Assembly (NCBI GenBank): GCA_030704615.1 | Contig: CM060731.1 | Coordinates: 46,562,001-46,626,000, forward strand | Reading direction: 5' to 3' | Source: Takakia lepidozioides | Taxonomy: Eukaryota > Plantae > Bryophyta | DNA: 64,000 bases | Part shown: positions 24,720-38,100 of the stretch, piece by piece | Layout: each line of letters starts with the position of its first letter | Numbering within the stretch: the first letter of the stretch is position 1 | Made by a program: the position numbers and the translations under genes | The notes under the pieces: generated by a model | What the model was told of the DNA's origin: nothing | Databases searched by the model: none | What the model saw: the letters and a program-made list of their open reading frames with translations, nothing else

Positions 24720-24742
24720 GAGAGAGAGAGAGAGAGAGAGAG
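24720..24742. repeat. (GA)n microsatellite upstream of the WLM gene start
   Basis: About 11 GA units, roughly 135 bp upstream of the ATG at 24586. Confidence 0.8.
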
Positions 24743-26199
24743 GGAGGACGTTTCCCACTTTCCAAACCAAGAAAAAAACTAAAAACTGATACAAATTCGG
24801 AACTTTTTCAGATGCACAACACAGTTCAATCTTACGTTCACAACCTTGTGCGAGTCAGATGTAAATCGCTCGACAGGGAGGAGACACAGAGAGAGATCGA
24901 GACAGTGAAGGGGTAGTGAGGGGATAGATATGGAGCGGCAGGGCCTTTCGGGGATCCGCAGCGGTTGTGCCGGAAGCTTCTGGTATGCCGTCCAGCTCTG
25001 GAATCTTCTTTTACACTTGGGCCCCCCGCACTGATTCTACAGGCTCCTGGTCCCACCATCACTCAGAAAGGAAATCCGAGAGGACTTGAAGGGCTGGCAT
25101 CAAACCCGAAGTCCTCGGCAGTATCAACAGTGGCGTCTCTTGGCAGACCAAACATTACAGTGCACAGAACTCTCATCTGCACATGCTACCCAACACCATC
25201 TGCTCACTGGGGGGACCACAGTATTGACCGTGAGGTCAGCTACATAGTTCCTCAGACTGTTTCTGGTTGCTCATCTTCCACAATCTCTGCTATGAACTTC
25301 ATGGTTTTGCAACCTGATCGACATCCAGTGCACAGGATTGGTGTTCAGAAGAGGATTGAATGATTTATGTACAAGCCTTTAAGGTTTGCTCTCTCCAGCT
25401 TTCATGGCCGGGGCTATCACAATACATTTCCAGAACCCAGAGTGGCAGTCATGACAGTCATAACAAGTTTGCACAGGAAGATGATATGGAACTTTACACT
25501 CGTATAGTCTGTGATACATGGACATCCCTGTGTATAAGGTTCCTACAGAGTTGCCAGAAAAGTTCAGTGAGTGAGTGGGTAGGTTGAACTACTGCGGTCT
25601 AAACAGACATCAGGGATGCAAAAGGGAAAAAGAGTTGTGTGCAACAAGGAAAAACACTGATAAATTCGTCTCCTGCCATTCCGAATTAGAAGTTCGGAGA
25701 CCGCATCAGAGTGACAAGTGTTTTTCCCTTCATCTCTTGGATTTTCTGCTCACTGCTCATATGATCAAGTTAGTCGATCCTGGTGCAGGGTATAGAGAGT
25801 GCCAGAGGGTGAACAAGACATTCAGAACATACAGGGGAAAGGACAGGTTTGAAGTGTGAAGTCTATGATCAGATTCAAAATATAACTCCTGTGAAACACT
25901 TATTTGTTTAACCAATTTGTCTTCATCGACAAAAGGCTTTGTACTCAATTTATCAAATGACTACCAATAAAAATGATTCTCTTCCAACCATACTGGGAGA
26001 GGGTATCTAAGGGGCAAGAGCAAGGGACAGAGGCCAAGATGTTTCACAAAGAAACATGTGGGCCAGAGGAAAGTATGAAAAGGCCAGAATAAAAGGGCCA
26101 AGTCCATGAAAAAATTAGTGGCTTGATGCTTGGCTTTTACGTTGTCAAAAACTCCTTTAACCATGAGTGCTCATCCTATAGAAAAAACCAAAGATATTT

Positions 26200-29100
26200 C
26201 TAGGGAAGAAGGGCAACCAGCCGCACTCTAAATAAATCTCCCAATGCTCTTCGAACATCCATCTGCACATCCGATAAGACTGCCTTCATCAGAACTCCAT
26301 TAGAGAAATCACACTCCTTGCGATCATGAAAGATATGCATACTTATCGCTGTGGACATATCCTTTTGGGTTAGACCCCATGGTGTACTAATTCTCCAGGA
26401 GCTGAACGATGAGAGTCTAGTGCCACTATACTAGGAAGAGTCATGTTGAATATAGTACTGTTAGTGTACCTCTAAAAACAGATGTGGATTGCTTGCACTG
26501 CCTATAATTTGTGGAGAATGTACTCATAAGACGTTGTTTGCCGTAGCCTTGTGGCTATTGACCCGGCGCCGAGTTTGAGCGGAACACAAAGGGGCAGAAA
26601 CTACCTCTGTCAGGGGCTGACGCCGGTAGTATGACTAACCTTGGAACAGACAATTAATCCGAGTTTTCTAGATATCCTCTACAAATCCCTTCACACAAGC
26701 ATCAATCTGCTGTGTGTGATGTGCCCAATAACTAGGCCCCAAAAGGGCCTGGGCCTTTGGCTCAGCCCCAAGACTTTCAGAGGTTCAGGCACAATCCCCT
26801 TGATATAATCTGTAGACACAGTTATAGAGATGGATACTAGGGACATGACTCCACTGGTCCGGGAAACTAGGAGCAAAACGCTTCTCATCATGAAATCTGG
26901 GAAGTTGGGCTACCTGATCACTACAAATGAGCTTGGTGAAGTATGGGTAAAATTCGGGAAGATGCTTTTTGAACATATGGTTGTCCATGCTGCTCATTGC
27001 CATTAACACCTGCATTGGAAGCCCAGCCACCCAATCCTCCCCAACCACCTATTAACAACATCATTGTAGTAGAGGTTGCAACTCAAAAGTACCATCGGAT
27101 GTAAGATTTAAGATCCTTATTGCTGCCCTCTATCAATGCTGTAGGGCATGCACTCAGGCTCACCTTCACTGTGACTGGAGACCGCAACACAAGGGAGCTA
27201 TGAGCATCAGCTTGAACAGCCTCACTGGGTCCAGGCTGCAAGGAGGCCACTTCTTTCAAGATGTGCCAAGAAAATGTCACCAGCCTCCGTTCAGCTTCCT
27301 CCCTCAGCTTTTGCTCCTGGCCAACTCCCTCGGTGGCATAAGATTGTCCCCCATGTCCATTGCTTACTTCATCATGTTGACTCGCCATTGCAGTTCTATT
27401 GAGAACTGTCAAGTACAGCTGTGTGCCCTCCGTCTCCTGACGTAGCAAGTTTGGAGGTGGCCTACAAAAGAAAAGCCGTAATATTCAGGAGATGCCCATC
27501 AAACATCTAAGGACTCATGGCAAAAGCGAGGGTTTTAAAAAACTGTTGCCCCAACATTCCCATGGACAGCCCTGTGGTTGGCAAATGCAAGTGGCCACCA
27601 ATTGAACTTAAAATCCCGTCATGCTTAGCAGCAATCCGTCAAGTCGGTTAATCTCCTATTCTCCTTCAGTCTAAAAACTGCACACATCATCAGTCAAGAG
27701 ATCTGAGAGGCTCAACTGTGTCAGCCCTCATAAGACGGTAGGGAGCATTAATTGAAGTGATCATGGATCTTCCTCTTGTAAGGATTTGGAATGTGGTTTG
27801 CAACCATACCTATGCCCTGAGAGTTGCTGCATACGCAAGCATAGGTTGTAGTTGCTGTTATAAGAAGCAGCAAAACCCACAAGTGAAAGGAGGGTGTCCA
27901 TGATTAATAGCTTATGTGACGGTTGTAATCGCTCCCAATGGTTTCTCTGCAACACCACCAACAGACAGAACAGCTTTAATGTAAGCCTGTATGGATCTAC
28001 AGCGATGCCGTCTGCACACCCTTAGTCACATTGGAGATTTCAACAAGATACACTTTGCATATAGGTATGAGCACTTCCTTGCAACTTACAACGTAGAGGA
28101 TGCCTTGCGCAGGTATGGTCATGATAGCCACAACTCCAAACAACTTGGATATCCTGGAGGTAAAATTAAGTGGATGGTGCGAGGGTTTGTGAGCTAAGGG
28201 GCATGCTCAATAGGTGGATTACCTGGAGGCTATCAAGAGCACGTAACAGCATTAGCTGAATCACAGCTTTTGATCTTATGCTCTGTAGGAGGGGGGCTTC
28301 CTCTTCACTACCATCTGGTTCCTGGTCGCCAACATCGACATCCTGCATTGGCAAACATCAACTTAAACAGCATCAACATTGGGATCAGTATTGGCAAACA
28401 TCAACTTCACACTTGTCTGCCGCCGTCAAAAGCCCACACGCACCTAGCCTCATCTGACCTAAGCAGCAGCTATGTTCAATTGGACAAGCACCTATCACCC
28501 CATCATCAGCAAGGCATTGACATCTGGGCGCACAAATACATATTCATGCCCGGCTAGAAGCCCATACAAGCTCTTGAACAGCCTAGTCCACTTGTACCTT
28601 CACTATAGTCGTGGTATGTTCTTCTGCAAGTACACAATCAAATAATGGAGAAAAGACCAACCTCAGGAGTAAGTAGCACAGGGGCTTCTGTTGATCTACT
28701 CCCTCTGCCTTTGAATGACTTAAACATAAGAGTGTCCATCATGTTGCCCATAAATTTCCGTCCAATATTTTGGTTTCCAAAAAAGCCTCCACTGGTTGCG
28801 GGTGGTGCAGGGGATGCAGGCAGTGAGGTCGCCTCCAAACCTACAACAGAGATTAGTTAGCAATACTACGTAAATTCTGCAGACAGGGCAGAAAAAACTA
28901 ATCAGAAATTTTATGAACCAACACAAATCCACATCCCCAACCTTGAGAATTACAGAAGCAGCCAGAGCACAGCCCCACATCAACTTGCAACCACCCATGA
29001 ATTTAGACCCCACAGAGTCTCTCTACATGAGGGCACACTCCTGTGTATCCCAATCATGGTTTTTCCTAATGGTTCAACCAATTGCCTGCATGAAAGGGCT

Positions 29101-32100
29101 AAGAATTGAGAGTCGCTTCTATACCCGACAGTACACAGTATCAGTGTCAACATTAACCCCACAAAGTTTAAGATAGAGCACCTTCTGATTCAGCGGTGCT
29201 GAGTCTCTCCAGTTGCTCAGCCTCCTGTGTCTCAAAACTAAGTTTCAGACTAATATCTCCATTGCTATTACTGGCTGGCGTGCCAGGAACCACCACTCCA
29301 TTATCATGGACATCCATACCCTCCCCATTCAGGTGAGGATCATTGGTAGGGGTTTGGTCCCCTCTGAAATTGTTGATGGGAGTTAAGGTGCCAAATTTTC
29401 TCGACTCTGAAACATAATCTGATCGAAATCTTGAGACAGTCTCAGTATTCAGCAGCTCAACTGGCTGTGTGGTGTAGCATGCATCCCTACAAGCCCACCC
29501 ACTCCGGTTCTCACAGTCAGCCTGCCAATTACCATTCACAGCAATGAGCTAGATATATGTTCTTTATTTTTGCACAGCGTTGTGTCTAAATCCTTTAGGT
29601 TGGGTGGTTCACTCCCCACACTGGCCTTCACGGGGTGCACAGTCCTCGTGACTAAGCATGACCTCCGTGGTTGTACACTCACAAGCTATGCACACTTAAA
29701 TAGCTAGAAGGAGCCTGAATGTACTGCACCTTACAACCTTTGTTGTCAGCTTTTGAAGACAACTCCATAAACCTACAATTGGGGAAGCAGTGATAAATGT
29801 GTCTAGTAGAGGAGAGACCCTCGTCATTATGTACCCGGCAAACTCAATGAGATTATGAGCTCATTCATATACTGAACCCAAACAGTGCACCTGGTTAAGG
29901 ACAAAAGAGATCATGGCACAAGGGTAGGCAGAGGCATACTGAATGCTTCCCAACAAAGTCGTCCAATCTTTGCTATCAAACTGGTGACCGCCAACTTCAG
30001 TGAGCCGCACCAACGCACCCATCGAAATAGAAGCCAGAGTTTGATCTGGCCGTGTTGCACAATCTAGTAGCAAACTCAACAAGGCAGGGAGGAGAAAAGA
30101 CACCTCCTGCACTTTACACCAATCAAACAGCACACGCTTCATATGTCACACCTTCCTTGCTTTCCAGTCCCAGTCAGTGCAACTTTACTGTTTACATTTG
30201 GAGCAAAATTCCTTTCCTACATTGGTCGAAATGGAGAACCCATTTCCAAAGAACAGGACAAGGCTCCCTAGCCTTGCCAAGGAGTAAACATATTAAGCTG
30301 CATATCCTGAAAAATTTAAGAAGCCTTAGGCTGGGAAACTTGGAAGCTCATATGCTCACTGGTGACCTAAGAGGATGCCAAAGACGAAGCATACAAACAA
30401 TTGACTAGTGGCATACTACCAACAGACAGTCTAGCAATGCGCTGGTAGCTAAATTGAATGAAACCCAAAAAGGTCTTCCACCATAAGGCAAAATGTCCCA
30501 AACCAGGGTAGATATGGAAACATGAACCAAACCCTGAATTTCCTTAGCAGTATATCTCACCAAAACTGACGGTCCTTACAAGAGCTCACTGTCAATTCCC
30601 ATATCCACAACCAGTGACAAAATCATGAGACAGGTTGGGTTTCCATAATGGTGTTCCATTTGCAAACAATATCTGGGCAAGCTAACCAGGACTTATGGAG
30701 AAGTCCTACCACATCTAAGGCGGCTGTCACCATTGATGAATACTTAGCATTTTTGTGTCAGTCTCTCAGACAGAAATACAAGACACATCCACCTTAGCCA
30801 ACCACACAGACCGGAAGCAGGAGACCGGGAAGGGTCAACAGGCACTACACCTCCTGCGAGGTCCAACAGTTCACAACAGCAAGGTGATAACAAGCTCTGG
30901 TGGGCAGCACCTTATAAAAGTTGCTGAAGAGGTCACACAAGAGCTGCAGGGAATGAATGCAAGTTTCACGGAGCCATTGATCAGCAGATGCAGGCTTCTC
31001 TCCATCATCGCCATCATGGCGTACATGATCAAAGATGGGGAATAAGACCCTGTTGAACACCCTTTCCCAGAATGGACCCGAAAAATTATGGCCACGCTCC
31101 TTGAGCAGGTCAAAAAGAACCTCCAAGGCACAATTCCTGACTTCGGTGCGTGGGTCCGAGGTGAGCTCTGATAGTCCCGCAAGCATTGGAAACCAGTAAT
31201 ATTCAGCTACCTCCAGATCTTTTCCTCTGGCCTCATCAACTATTCTTGATACACCTCCAGGTATGTGGCCCTACACCAACAGCAGCACTTTCATCAACAA
31301 AAGTAGTTACAATTCTGCTGCTCTTACAACAAATTCTTCAAAGCACCCTGTCATTTGAAAGCACCTCAAGAAGTATTCCCAAATTTGTGATTCCTATCCC
31401 TCTAACTTGCAAAATTACAGCACTTCCCCTTAACAATCCAATTTCATTGTAGACCAAGTAAGAATGATTAAGTAAGAAAGATTTAAAAACCACCTGAGCT
31501 GGAATATTAAGAGAAAGAAACACCCAAACAAACATCCACAGGGGTTGCAATAGCACATCAGACATTGCTTGCAAAGTTACTTCAGTTGTTCGATACCACA
31601 ACAGAAAACTACCTCAGCAAGACGATCTTCGCAAATCCGGAGAAGGGCAATGGACTTCAAGCTGGTACGGGGGCTGCTAAGGCTCTTGTTGTTGGCAAAG
31701 GCAATCAGACAGTTAACACAGTCCATAAAGCAATCTCCCAGCACCTGCTCAAAGTGCTCAAGTATGACTGCACACCCATTCCAAAACTATTACTCTAGAC
31801 TCTCTTTCCCAGCACCTGCTCAAAGTGCAACCTCGCCTAGTAGTAGTGTTACAAACAACACATTCCATGCATTCGACACCTAGAGGGATTGTACTTCTTG
31901 CATAGGTACCAGTTCTTCATTAAAGCAATCATCACGCATTAGTGACGGGGTTGGACACCTCACTTAGGACCACCCATGGCCGTGGAGAACTACTATGGAA
32001 TGTTAACTCTTGAGGAGACCTCTTCCATTCGAGACAAAACAGGTCCGTGCAGGGCTGTTATTTAACATTGGTGACTAATTCAAAACCACATAAATTTGGG

Positions 32101-35100
32101 AGTCACAAGGGAAAATCAGGGAGTGGAGATGAACCTCAGTGCATACCTTGCTCGACATTTTCAAAGGCAACATCAGATATACTTTCGTCTTCGTCAAAAG
32201 CAGCAGTTGTAAACACCATGAACACACTCCGCCAGCCCGACTTGATGCTCGCAACCTTTGACTTAATCATCTGAAATAATATCCACTTATGACATTGCAT
32301 GCACTTGTCCCCATGATCTACGAAAATGGACAGAAACTGAACTGAAGATGATCCAGTAATTGGCTTGATTTTGTTTCAATAGGTGTACAGGATCAACAAG
32401 CATTCAGGCACTACACAGCATGCGACACGAAGCGAAAGGAATATGACTTTGGACAAATTTTCAAGGATCAGTTTCCCACCTGTATAATGCAGTCAACAAT
32501 AAGGGCACGTATTGTTGGATTCTTACTGCTCCGCATAATGACGACAAAGGGTTTCAAAATATCATTTTGGAAAGAAAATTTTGCTAGCTCCAACCTCTCG
32601 AGATACTTCATGGCAAGCTGTCTTAGCGAATCTATCGCATACATTGCAATCTTTTCATCCTGATGACTGCCAGCCGCAACAAAATGCAGCGAGAGAACTA
32701 CCCATATCCTCGCCCAAACCTGGAACACAGCATATTTATAGTGTTATAACCTTTTCTAGAAGATAAGCATGAGAGGAAAAGAGTAAGCACATCTGACAAA
32801 TAAGGCAGCACTACAATAAACAAAAACTAGAGATACGCCTTACATGAGCAGCTGGGGGGTCATCGCCCTTTAAGCCCTTCCAGAAGGTAAGGACGACTAA
32901 TATTCCCCAACCCACAAGAAAAGTCTACCAAACTGGTCACGAGATGTCTGCTGCCCTTACCCAATAGATTTGTCAAAGAAGCCTGGTGGCACCTTTTAAA
33001 TAGTCAACGGGTGCAACACCCAGAGAGCTCATGCTCATATGCTTAAAGTCCACAGATATCAGCGCATATTGCATAGGTCATTCCCTTGTGCTGGAAACTA
33101 GGACAGAAGGTGTCTACATTGCCATCTTGTTGAATGTCTGAGGAGACGAAGGTCTTACCATACGGATGCGACTCATATTGTAGTAGCTTATTTCCACAAG
33201 CTTGGTCAAACTGAAAACCCGAGGTGGGGTTTGTTTTAACTCCTCAGCTGATACTCCACACAAGGCAGTGAAAAACTCCACAATAATGTCACTGGGCAAT
33301 CTTACACTGTTTGCAAACACTTGCTCTGTGGGCTTCCCAGTAAGTTCAGTCAATGTGAGAACAAGAGCATCTCTAGATATTTGGTTACCAGCCTGCATGA
33401 GGGTGGTCATGATCGAGGGCATTGATGTAATGTACTCTAGTCTTGACACACATTCCAACACAGCATTCCAAGTGTCTTGCAAGGTTTCAGGCTCATTCTG
33501 GCACAAGGCCAGCAGCGTCTTCAATGCCTCCACATTCTTGGTCCACATCTCTCTTGGTGCATGTAAGAACGTAAATCTGCACTCAACAACATGGTTTCAA
33601 TCACTCCACTGTAGACAAACATCTTGCATTTTTTCCCATGCCAATAAATTAGTAGGACATAACAGGAATGAGTGCCAAGAAGCTTATTGGCTCAACAGCA
33701 AACGTGCCCCACTTACTGTTAGACTAAATTGGACTCTGAATTGTTAGTGCACCTCACTACCTGAACTAAACTTCATGGGTATGAAATAGGACCTTTTGCC
33801 TAACTGGTGACAACCTTGCCATGGCACAAGGAAGTGAAGGTGGAGCTTCTACTAGGCTCTCTACTACCACACTAACTGTGCACTAATGGATGTGCTATGG
33901 CACTTAACATGGTTAAGACTAACTTGGCACATAATAGTGAGACACTAACTATTGGGTAGCTTAACTGCAGGTGTTGCACGCCTTAGATGGACTGAACAAA
34001 CTTCCAAACCGGAACTACGTTGTTATGTACTGAAACCACAAGAACACATGCAATATACCTAACCAGTGAAGTCAGAAAGGCATAACGCATCGTCTCCATG
34101 CCAAGAGACTTGGTGAGATGGATCCCAAGCCGGAAGCCCTCCATGCACAAGAGGACGCGAGTTTTGCTCTCACTATCCTCCATGATAACAGAGAATGCAG
34201 CCAGCAATGGCCAACCAACAGCTTCTAGCATCGGGCGGGCAAGCTCCACATGCTCAGCTTTATGAAAAACACCCATTTTGACACCTCCTTTCTTAAACAA
34301 GGACTGTGTGCGCCGAACGATCTCCTCACTCTCTTTCTTACCAGCTGCTACTTTCCTTAGTGCTCCACCCAAGTTGAGTACATTCAGAACATCAATCAAT
34401 GCATTCTTCTCTTCTTTTCCTTTGAGTTTTGCCACATCCTCATCCTTCAGTTTAATCTCCTCCTTTACAATGGAATCATATATCCCTTCCAGAAGTTCCT
34501 GGGGAAAAGTATCAAACACATCAACACACTGTACACATGTAGCAAGTAAAGCCTTTCAACGTACTCAAAAAAGGAGAGAGCGTCTAAAGCCTACTCACAA
34601 GAACATTTGGTAGTGCTAGCTTCAGATCACAGCTATTGACAGGACAACAGGTATTCAGTGCCTAGATAGGTCAACGTTTTACCTGAGGTGCATGTTCATC
34701 TGCATCATTGGAAGAGTTGATGCGCACAAAGTCAGCCTTAGTCATCTTTGGCCAGACCATGGGATTGTGTGCATCTGTATTGAGCATGATGACAGCATAT
34801 GCCAGCACGTAGGCAGTGTCTGCATTCTTGAAGAGACTTGGATTATCTCGACAATACCTGCTTAGACCTTGTCCAGTTAGTCATACCAATACTCATACAT
34901 AACTCGCCAGATACTTTCAATCCTCGTCCTATGGCCACCCTAACATCTCTTTGAAGACAGTATAGGTGTCTACTACGACAGTAATTTACCTCTCCGCAAA
35001 CTTCTCCATGATACGGTCAATCTTCTGGGCTTCTCCTGGAAGGCGGAAGCCATTGAGAAACATTCTAAGAGCATGGTCAAACTTCATGCCATCAAACTTC

Positions 35101-38100
35101 ATTCCATCCACATAGGCATGCATCACAGACAGCTGAAACTCCTCATGCTGGCCAAGATAATCTCCAATTTGTTTCTGCAACAGCACTCACATAGCTGATC
35201 AGTTGCATTGTTGAAAACACATCCTGACTTCCCAGCTGATATGGCACAGAAACATAATAACTAAGAAGACAGCTGCATTTCACCAACATTGATATCCGAA
35301 AAGAGCACATCTTGTAACAATGTCTGAAAAACTTCAAAGACTGCCAAGTAGCAGTGTAATTGACCTCTCCACATCTCATCTCTACCAATAAGTCTCCTAT
35401 GGTGTTGAAAGCCCATGCCAAATTGACAACACCACAAATGAGAAGAAAAGAAGAGATACCTTATCTAGACCTGGAGTATCTTTCAAAAATCGAGCAATGG
35501 CTTTTGATTCGTGAGGAGCCAGGTTGTTAGCCACCAAAAACTTGATTCCATTAGATGGCTTTCGATTGAACTGCACAAAAGAAATGCCCAATCCAACTCA
35601 GACAATGAATTGGTAGTCCTTGCGGAAGATACATACCCATTGGCTGCTAATTTTATCTTTCAACATAAACATATCTCTCAGAAAGATTCAAATAGTACCT
35701 CCCTGATTGTACTGTGATTGCTATGTATGCTCAGAACCTCCTGAATAATAACTGAACCAAATCATTCCCTGCCTTGGAGATCACTCCACTGTTATAATGA
35801 CCTTGATCTAGTTTCCTGATCCAAAGATGCGACTCTATGCATTGTAGCAAACTGTCATTTACCATCACCATCCAGCCATACACAACCAACAATGTAGTGG
35901 ATCCCAACAATTCACATGATATACCAATTTCAGAGTGGTCACAGAAATTGCTTTACAGCAAGAAGAGTACCTCAGCAACAGCAGCCTTCATAGTAACCTT
36001 GTGAGCCTTTGCTTTCTCAAACTCATCAGCCTGCGTTGTGGCCTTGGCCTCATCTCTGAGGTCAGACTCAGTCCCATCGACAGCAGGTGTTTTGGTAATA
36101 GCTGGCACCTCACTGGCAGAGTGGGCATGGTCTGTAACTCCATCTGTTGTCGATTGCTTGGAGGTCCATACCTCTAGGGACTTCAATACACTCACCAGAC
36201 ACTGTCCATTAAGACTTAAGTTAGCATTTTGCAAGCTCACAGGCTGAAGTCTCGATCCAAGGCAATATACATTGCACAAGCCATGAACTTTTGCCCAGCT
36301 AAGCATAAGCATCAGAGACCTAGCAAATTCCTAAATCCACTGTCTCTCAGCAGCAAAGGAGCTTATAGCTTCTGGACATACCTGCAATGATGTGTCTACC
36401 AAAAAACCATTTTGTGCCATGGCAACTGGAGTGGGATCAGCACTTGGTGTTCCTTGTGCCATTCGCGACAACGAGTTTATCTTCATCATTCATCAAAGAC
36501 CGCGTGTCAGCCCACAGTGACCACATCCTTCTACTTGAATATTCCTGAACAGAATTGCACAAGACAACTATCAAAGCTACACCTGAGTGTGCCAAAATTG
36601 GCACTAACTCACAAGACACAGCTCGAGTCCCAGGTGCTTCTGAGCATCTGAAAGACTGAATCAGTTTATCTGGCTCTCCTTTCAGAAGTGGTTTACATTA
36701 TGGGCCAGTTCTCAATGCAAAGCCTGTAGAAGAGGTCTTTGCATAGATCACATACCACTGAAATTGGAGAGTAATAAGAACCAAATTTTCATCAGATGAT
36801 GTTTAAACTTGAACGCCCAGTATTTGAGGAGAACATTCATGCAGAAAACAAAGTACTCATAAAAATCAGAACACTTGTAGGTAGGAAAATTGTCAAACAT
36901 CAACAGAAACTCACATCTATGGATGCGAGACTCACCATATGTTCAAACAAGTTGGTGGCTTCGAGATCGCAGTCATAATTTACAAAAACATCTACAAGCA
37001 TCTGAGAATCATTGCAGATCTTCTCGAGCATCCTGCAAACAGCAACACCACTTCAGATGTTGCACAATGGCCAAAACCTGGGCCAACATTGCACAGCACC
37101 TGATGCATATCAACGTCAAACTAAGGTCAGAAGTGAGGTCACTTACTTCAGGACTGCTGCTCGCTGAGGATGAGGACTGTCAGCTCTGTCTAGAGAGCGC
37201 AACACAATCAATGAAAAGAACACTCCAATTTCTGCCTGCATAATGTCTCCAGGTCATTATTCATCAATATTGTCTGGAAGAAACTACAGGGCTGACAAGA
37301 TCCCTCAAACATTACCTGGCGGGAGCCTACTGTCAACAACTGAGGAAGGTAACCAGCAGCAAAGGATCAATCCTATTTCCAGAGAACCTGACCATTTTAC
37401 ACTGGTGTGCTTGCTTCCTTCTGCATTGCATTTTAGTGATCTTACAAACACTCTTATGGGCAGGCCGGAAGGCTGTCTCCACCATCTTATAGACAAAAAC
37501 AAGTGATTTCACTGGAAAGTATTCATGTCATATAAAACAACCGGACTAACCTTAAGACTCTCTCTGAAGCGCTGCAACAGAACTGTGAAAATATTAACAG
37601 CAATCTGCAAACGGAAACGAAGTGCCACACACATACGACTCGATCAGCACCCCAGGCATAAGAACGATAGCAGATTGGCCTCCATCAGACAGCAGATCCC
37701 TAGAAACATCAGCATAGTTGCAACAGCCAGAAGCTCCCTTCCAAAAGAGTTCAAATAGCAAGATAAAAAACTACATGACTAAATTGGACTGGAAATGACC
37801 TCTATATAACTCTAAGCTAGTGATATCAAGCAAGCATAACACGTGAGATGTGGGTGAAACACAGACCTGGAATACGGCTGCAGTGGGGGATACACATGAT
37901 CTGAGCAATGCATAGCAGAGGTGAGCTTTCACAGAGTCAATGAAAGCAAAGTTGACCGTAAACGCATGGCTCACACTTTCCAGCAAACCCTGCACATTTG
38001 AATCCAGTAAGCTGCTTCAAAATTACAAAGATCAAGTCCACAATTTTTCCAATCATCATGAAAGGGGAAGAGAGAAACGGAGCCCACCAAACAAGGACAT

